Source: a virus (taxonomy: Duplodnaviria; Heunggongvirae; Uroviricota; Caudoviricetes). From it: a stretch of 37,091 bases of DNA. The number at the start of each line of letters is the position of its first letter. The stretch's first letter is position 1. Below, piece by piece: positions 32,233-37,091 of this stretch. The translations under genes were made by a program, and so were the position numbers. The stretch lies in the IMG/VR virus record IMGVR_UViG_2700989362_000003; one strand, given 5' to 3'. The notes beneath the pieces were generated by a model, which had not been told where the DNA came from, made no database searches, and saw only the letters and a list, made by a program, of their open reading frames with translations.

Positions 32233-32517
32233 ACGTCATTCAGCTATGCAGGAGACAAGAATCGCCAGCTGACCCGTTACAGCGATACCCGCTGGCATGA
32301 AGATTCCGTGCGTAACCGCTGGTTCAGCGTGATGGCGGGGCCGTCTGTGCGCGTGAATGAATGGTTCAGCGCGTATGCGATGGCGGGTGTGGCTTACAGC
32401 CGTGTGTCGACCTTCTCCGGGGATTATCTCCGCGTAACTGACAACAAGGGGAAAACGCACGATGTGCTGACCGGAAGTGATGACGGTCGCCACAGCAACA
32501 CGTCTCTGGCGCACTGA
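32233..32517 (+). pseudogene. lom: lom 3' fragment carrying the same 83-bp deletion as 29721..30203
   Basis: Reads ...SNTSLAH-stop, as in the copy at 29721..30203. The original lom stop and terminator follow downstream. Confidence 0.75.
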
Positions 32518-32615
32518 CGGTTTCATCGTGGGTGTCGGTTATAAATTCTGATTAGCCAGGTAACACAGTGTTATGACAGCCCGCCGGTTCAGGCGGGCTT
32601 TTTTGTGGGGTGAAT

Positions 32616-35600
32616 ATGGCAGTAAAGATTTCAGGTGTACTGAAAGACGGCACAGGAAAACCGGTACAGAACTGCACAATCCAGCTGAAAGCAAAACGTA
32701 ACAGCACCACGGTGGTGGTGAACACGCTGGCCTCAGAAAATCCGGATGAAGCCGGGCGTTACAGCATGGACGTTGAGTACGGTCAGTACAGCGTTATTCT
32801 GTTGGTGGAAGGATTCCCGCCGTCACATGCCGGGACCATCACCGTGTATGAAGATTCCCGACCCGGTACGCTGAATGATTTTCTCGGTGCCATGACGGAG
32901 GATGATGCCCGTCCGGAGGCACTGCGCCGTTTTGAGCTGATGGTGGAAGAGGTGGCGCGTAACGCGTCCGCGGTGGCACAGAACACGGCAGCCGCGAAGA
33001 AATCAGCCAGCGATGCCAGCACATCAGCCCGTGAGGCGGCAACCCATGCGACTGATGCTGCAGATTCAGCACGTGCAGCCAGCACGTCAGCCGGACAGGC
33101 CGCTTCGTCGGCTCAGTCAGCGTCTTCCAGCGCAGGAACGGCATCAACAAAGGCCACTGAAGCCTCAAAAAGTGCTGCCGCTGCAGAGTCCTCAAAAAGC
33201 GCGGCGGCTACCAGTGCCGGTGCGGCGAAAACGTTAGAAACGAATGCGGCAGCGTCACAACAATCAGCAGCCACTTCTGCATCCACCGCGACCACGAAAG
33301 CGTCAGAAGCTGCCACCTCAGCCCGGGATGCGTCGGCTTCAAAAGAGGCGGCAAAATCATCAGAAACGAACGCATCATCAAGCGCCAGTAGCGCAGCTTC
33401 CTCGGCGACGGCGGCTGCAAATTCTGCGAAGGCGGCCAAAACGTCCGAGACGAACGCCAGGTCTTCTGAAACGGCAGCGGGACAGAGTGCCTCAGCTGCG
33501 GCAGGCTCAAAAACAGCGGCTGCGTCGTCTGCCAGCGCCGCGTCAACAAGTGCCGGGCAGGCCTCAGCCAGTGCCACCGCCGCCGGAAAATCGGCAGAAA
33601 GCGCCGCATCATCCGCTTCAACAGCCACAACGAAGGCTGGCGAAGCCACTGAGCAGGCCACGGCAGCAGCGAGGTCAGCTTCCGCAGCGAAGACATCCGA
33701 AACGAACGCGAAAGCGTCGGAAACCCGTGCAGAATCCTCAAAAACGGCTGCCGCATCGTCCGCCAGTTCGGCGGCGTCATCGGCATCATCGGCGTCTGCT
33801 TCAAAAGATGAGGCGACCAGACAGGCGTCAGCAGCGAAGGGCAGCGCCACGACGGCATCCACGAAGGCGACAGAGGCTGCTGGTAGTGCGACGGCAGCAG
33901 CTCAGAGCAAAAGTACGGCGGAATCTGCAGCAACGCGCGCTGAGACAGCGGCAAAACGGGCAGAGGATATTGCATCCGCCGTGGCGCTTGAGGATGCGAG
34001 CACGACGAAAAAGGGGATAGTACAGCTCAGTAGTGCGACTAACAGCACTTCCGAGTCACTGGCGGCAACACCAAAAGCCGTTAAGGCCGCGTATGACCTG
34101 GCTAACGGGAAATACACCGCACAGGATGCAACGACAGCACAGAAAGGGATAATCCAGCTAAGCAGCGCGACCAACAGCACGTCTGAAACGCTGGCGGCAA
34201 CGCCAAAGGCAGTAAAAGCAGCCAATGACAATGCTGAGAAACGTCTGCAGAAAGATCAGAACGGTGCGGATATCCCTGGCAAAGACACCTTTACGAAAAA
34301 TATTGGTGCCTGCCGTGCCTTCGGTGGGTCAGTAAGCACAACAACAGGAAACTGGACGACTGCACAGTTTATCGAGTGGCTGGATTCTCAGGGAGCATTT
34401 AACCATCCATACTGGATGTGCAAGGGTTCCTGGTCTTATGGCAATAATAAAATCATTACTGATACTGGCTGCGGTAATATTCATCTCGCCGGAGCTGTCA
34501 TTGAAGTAATGGGGATAAAGTCAGCGATGACGATCCGCATTACCACTCCGACCACATCCAGCGGTGGCGGAACAACCAACGCCCAGTTTACCTATATTAA
34601 TCACGGAACAGATTATTCACCTGGCTGGCGAAGGGACTATAACTCCAGAAATAAGCCAACGGCATCAGAGATCGGGGCGCTACCGTCAGGTGGAACAGCA
34701 GTATCATCAGTTAATCTGGCTTCAAAAGGTCGGGTAGCCGCGCTGACAGACAATACGCAGGGGGCAGCAGGTCTTGAGTTATACGAGGTGTATAACAACG
34801 GATATCCAACAGCGTATGGAAATATCATTCACCTGAAAGGGATGACAGCCGTTGGCGAAGGTGAGTTACTCATCGGCTGGGGGGGGACAAGCGGGGCTCA
34901 TGCTCCGGCATTTATTCGTTCACGACGGGATACGACCGACGCAAACTGGTCGCCGTGGGCGCAGCTTTACACCTCGGCTCATCCTCCTGCAGAGTTTTAT
35001 CCAGTCGGTGCACCAATCCCGTGGCCATCAGATACCGTTCCGTCTGGTTATGCCCTGATGCAGGGGCAGACTTTTGACAAATCTGCTTACCCGAAACTTG
35101 CAGCCGCTTATCCGTCAGGCGTGATCCCTGATATGCGTGGCTGGACGATTAAGGGCAAGCCCGCCAGTGGTCGTGCCGTATTGTCTCAGGAACAGGATGG
35201 CATTAAATCGCACACCCACAGCGCCAGCGCATCCAGTACGGATTTGGGGACGAAAACCACATCGTCGTTTGATTACGGCACTAAATCCACGAATAACACC
35301 GGGGCGCATACGCACAGTCTGAGCGGCTCTACAAGTTCAGCTGGGGCCCACCAACATAGTCAGACTGGGCCCAGAACGAATAGCGGGAGTCAACCTACTG
35401 GAATGTTTCCGGCAGGGAGTACTCAAGTTAGCGGGACTAATCAGGTTGGTATCAGTGGCTCATTAACCAGTGGCACCTCCCAATGGGTAGGTAAATCATC
35501 TTCAGAAGGAAACCATACACACTCACTGTCCGGCACAGCAGCATCTGCGGGTGCACACGCGCATACTGTCGGTATTGGTGCTCATACGCACTCTGTTGCG

Positions 35601-35699
35601 ATTGGTTCACATGGACACACCATCACCGTTAACGCTGCTGGTAACGCGGAAAACACCGTCAAAAACATCGCATTTAACTATATTGTGAGGCTCGCATAA
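32616..35699 (+). CDS. stf: side tail fiber protein Stf, about 1027 aa
   Basis: Lambda-type Stf N-terminus, then a long Ala/Ser/Thr-rich low-complexity shaft, two copies of the tail-fiber repeat KGI(V/I)[11 protein letters not shown](S/T)[11 protein letters not shown], a roughly 300-aa Cys-containing central domain ([10 protein letters not shown]...WMCKGSW...[10 protein letters not shown]...), and a C-terminal tip with multiple HxH motifs ending ...[11 protein letters not shown]. The track ORF starts at an upstream GTG (32610). Confidence 0.9.
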   Translation: MAVKISGVLKDGTGKPVQNCTIQLKAKRNSTTVVVNTLASENPDEAGRYSMDVEYGQYSVILLVEGFPPSHAGTITVYEDSRPGTLNDFLGAMTEDDARPEALRRFELMVEEVARNASAVAQNTAAAKKSASDASTSAREAATHATDAADSARAASTSAGQAASSAQSASSSAGTASTKATEASKSAAAAESSKSAAATSAGAAKTLETNAAASQQSAATSASTATTKASEAATSARDASASKEAAKSSETNASSSASSAASSATAAANSAKAAKTSETNARSSETAAGQSASAAAGSKTAAASSASAASTSAGQASASATAAGKSAESAASSASTATTKAGEATEQATAAARSASAAKTSETNAKASETRAESSKTAAASSASSAASSASSASASKDEATRQASAAKGSATTASTKATEAAGSATAAAQSKSTAESAATRAETAAKRAEDIASAVALEDASTTKKGIVQLSSATNSTSESLAATPKAVKAAYDLANGKYTAQDATTAQKGIIQLSSATNSTSETLAATPKAVKAANDNAEKRLQKDQNGADIPGKDTFTKNIGACRAFGGSVSTTTGNWTTAQFIEWLDSQGAFNHPYWMCKGSWSYGNNKIITDTGCGNIHLAGAVIEVMGIKSAMTIRITTPTTSSGGGTTNAQFTYINHGTDYSPGWRRDYNSRNKPTASEIGALPSGGTAVSSVNLASKGRVAALTDNTQGAAGLELYEVYNNGYPTAYGNIIHLKGMTAVGEGELLIGWGGTSGAHAPAFIRSRRDTTDANWSPWAQLYTSAHPPAEFYPVGAPIPWPSDTVPSGYALMQGQTFDKSAYPKLAAAYPSGVIPDMRGWTIKGKPASGRAVLSQEQDGIKSHTHSASASSTDLGTKTTSSFDYGTKSTNNTGAHTHSLSGSTSSAGAHQHSQTGPRTNSGSQPTGMFPAGSTQVSGTNQVGISGSLTSGTSQWVGKSSSEGNHTHSLSGTAASAGAHAHTVGIGAHTHSVAIGSHGHTITVNAAGNAENTVKNIAFNYIVRLA

Positions 35700-36280
35700 T
35701 GGCATTCAGAATGAGTGAACAAGCACGGACCATAAAAATTTATAACCTGCTGGCCGGAACTAATGAATTTATTGGTGAAGGTGACGCATATATTCCGCCT
35801 CATACAGGTCTGCCTGCAAACAGTACCGATATTGCACCGCCAGATATTCCGGCTGGTTTCGTGGCTGTTTTCAACAGTGATGAGTCATCGTGGCATCTCG
35901 TTGAAGATCATCGGGGTAAAACGGTTTATGACGTGGCTTCCGGCGACGCGTTATTTATTTCTGAACTCGGCTCATTACCGGAAAATGTCACCTGGTTATC
36001 CCCGGAAGGGGAGTTTCAGAAGTGGAACGGCACAGCCTGGGTGAAGGATACGGAAGCAGAAAAACTGTTCCGGATCCGGGAGGCGGAAGAAACAAAAAAC
36101 AGCCTGATGCAGGTAGCCAGTGAGCATATAGCGCCGCTTCAGGATGCTGTGGATCTGGAGATCGCAACGGAGAAAGAAACCTTGTTGCTGGAAGCTTGGA
36201 AAAAGTATCGGGTGTTGCTGAACCGTGTTGATACATCAACTGCACCGGATATTGAATGGCCAGTAGCACCTATAGGGTAA
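35699..36280 (+). CDS. tfa: tail fiber assembly chaperone Tfa
   Basis: 193-aa [57 protein letters not shown]..., overlapping the stf stop in a TAATG arrangement. Near-identical to lambda Tfa as I recall it. Confidence 0.9.
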   Translation: MAFRMSEQARTIKIYNLLAGTNEFIGEGDAYIPPHTGLPANSTDIAPPDIPAGFVAVFNSDESSWHLVEDHRGKTVYDVASGDALFISELGSLPENVTWLSPEGEFQKWNGTAWVKDTEAEKLFRIREAEETKNSLMQVASEHIAPLQDAVDLEIATEKETLLLEAWKKYRVLLNRVDTSTAPDIEWPVAPIG

Positions 36281-36363
36281 ATTCGTAATGATTACCTAAA
36301 TACGTTATTCTTTTGTTAAAAAAGTGATTTTGCTATAGGTAGGGAGTATGTTCTTGGATTAAG

Positions 36364-36397
36364 AATAAAAAATCGCCATGAAAGAGCTTCATGGCGA
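36364..36397 (-). terminator. candidate intrinsic terminator for a minus-strand transcript
   Basis: Perfect 10-bp inverted repeat TCGCCATGAA AGAGC TTCATGGCGA (36373..36397) preceded on the plus strand by AATAAAAAA, so on the minus strand it is a hairpin followed by a U-run. Confidence 0.45.
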
Positions 36398-36545
36398 GTA
36401 CATAAACGTACAAAATGTGATGAAAGTAGAGTGGCGTAAGCCACTATATTAAGATATGACAATAGCGAAGAAAAGTAAATAACATTTTATGGACGTTTAA
36501 TTGTTAATTATAAAAACTAGAGTGCCCGATATTGTTTATCTTGCT

Positions 36546-36647
36546 TTAAAATAATGTACTCAAACCAAATTTTTGAGCTAAAAGCTCAAATAATATAAAT
36601 GCAATAATAATGTTTAATAAGACAATTAGCTTGCTTTGTATTTTCAT
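36546..36647 (-). CDS. candidate small hydrophobic protein, 33 aa (MKIQSKLIVLLNIIIAFILFELLAQKFGLSTLF)
   Basis: Hand-translated minus-strand ORF, below the 60-aa cutoff of the ORF track. Single predicted transmembrane helix. About 150 nt upstream (in transcript sense) of the minus-strand terminator. No obvious Shine-Dalgarno, and AT-rich DNA can produce such ORFs by chance. Confidence 0.3.
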   Translation of the reverse strand: MKIQSKLIVLLNIIIAFILFELLAQKFGLSTLF

Positions 36648-37029
36648 TTCGGAATACTGTTAAGTAACTTTGATGACCCTAACAATAGATCGGAATTTTC
36701 TTAGAGTCAATGGTCACTGTTTTTGCTTGCAAAGCAAATGTTTTGGTGGTTATAAGTCGTCTTAATATAGTCACGCATGCAACTTGTTCCATGCGGAGAT
36801 TAAAGATTGGAATATAACGCGAAGATGGAATTAAATTACATTTGCAATAATTAATTTATTATTACTCAATAATTACCGATATTATTATTGTAAATTAATC
36901 ATTAGAATGCAAAAAGAAATGTAACGGCAAAATAAGAGGACGATAGCTGAGAAAAAAGCGTGCTTTCCCAATCTGGGGCAAATCACGTCTGAATGACACC
37001 TGAAAACAGGTGGTAGCCTCAAGAAGGCT

Positions 37030-37091
37030 GGTGATGCTGCCAACTTACTGATTTAGTGTATGATGGTGTTTTTGAGGTGCTCCAGTGGCTT
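37030..37091 (+). mobile_element. IS1 left end (terminal inverted repeat plus first 62 bp), running off the window
   Basis: GGTGATGCTGCCAACTTACTGATTTAGTGTATGATGGTGTTTTTGAGGTGCTCCAGTGGCTT matches the IS1 left end, including the start of insA (GTGGCTT...), as I recall it. Confidence 0.8.

Noticed and set aside
15984-32616. The repeated kb-scale units as a CRISPR array or other programmed repeat system
   Set aside because: The repeats are protein-coding tail genes 1 to 2 kb long and divergent in sequence, with no short direct repeats or spacers. N characters mark their boundaries.
33113-34231. Overlapping ORFs in other frames and strands across the stf shaft (33113..33862 minus, 33208..33975 minus, 33244..34020 plus, 33902..34231 minus)
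   Set aside because: Artefacts of the Ala/Ser/Thr-rich repetitive coding region of stf. The translations are homopolymeric (Arg-, Ala- or Pro-rich) and nested in the real gene.
36378-36452. 24-codon plus-strand ORF (MKELHGEYINVQNVMKVEWRKPLY) after tfa
   Set aside because: Its start and end each fall inside perfect palindromes that are better explained as RNA hairpins. It is very short, with no ribosome-binding site.

Overview
This window is the late (virion morphogenesis) region of a lambda-like prophage from an enterobacterial host (E. coli/Shigella-type), and I did not find a convincing novel system in it. From the cos site at about 1.1 kb it is co-linear with phage lambda: Nu1, A, W, B, C/Nu3, D, E, FI, FII, Z, U, V, G/T (with the -1 frameshift site), H, M, L, K, I, J, lom, stf, tfa. 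Up to about 15.98 kb the sequence is one contiguous, essentially lambda-identical block. From 15,983 onward the tail-tip end (L to stf) is not a single locus: nine N-marked junctions (eight single Ns and one 21-N gap) join ten overlapping segments that carry divergent partial copies of L, K, I, J, lom and stf. I read this as a scaffold of repeat-derived contigs from at least three related lambdoid prophages, not a real tandem array, but that cannot be settled from sequence alone. Accessory content: a two-gene AT-rich module upstream of cos on the minus strand (a 77-aa ribbon-helix-helix-like protein plus a 141-aa unknown); an IS21-like transposase fragment that cuts off a second stf allele; and a roughly 750-bp AT-rich ORF-poor tract after tfa that holds a candidate 33-aa hydrophobic minus-strand ORF with its own terminator and ends at an IS1 left end. 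Comparisons to lambda are from memory of the reference sequence, not from a search.
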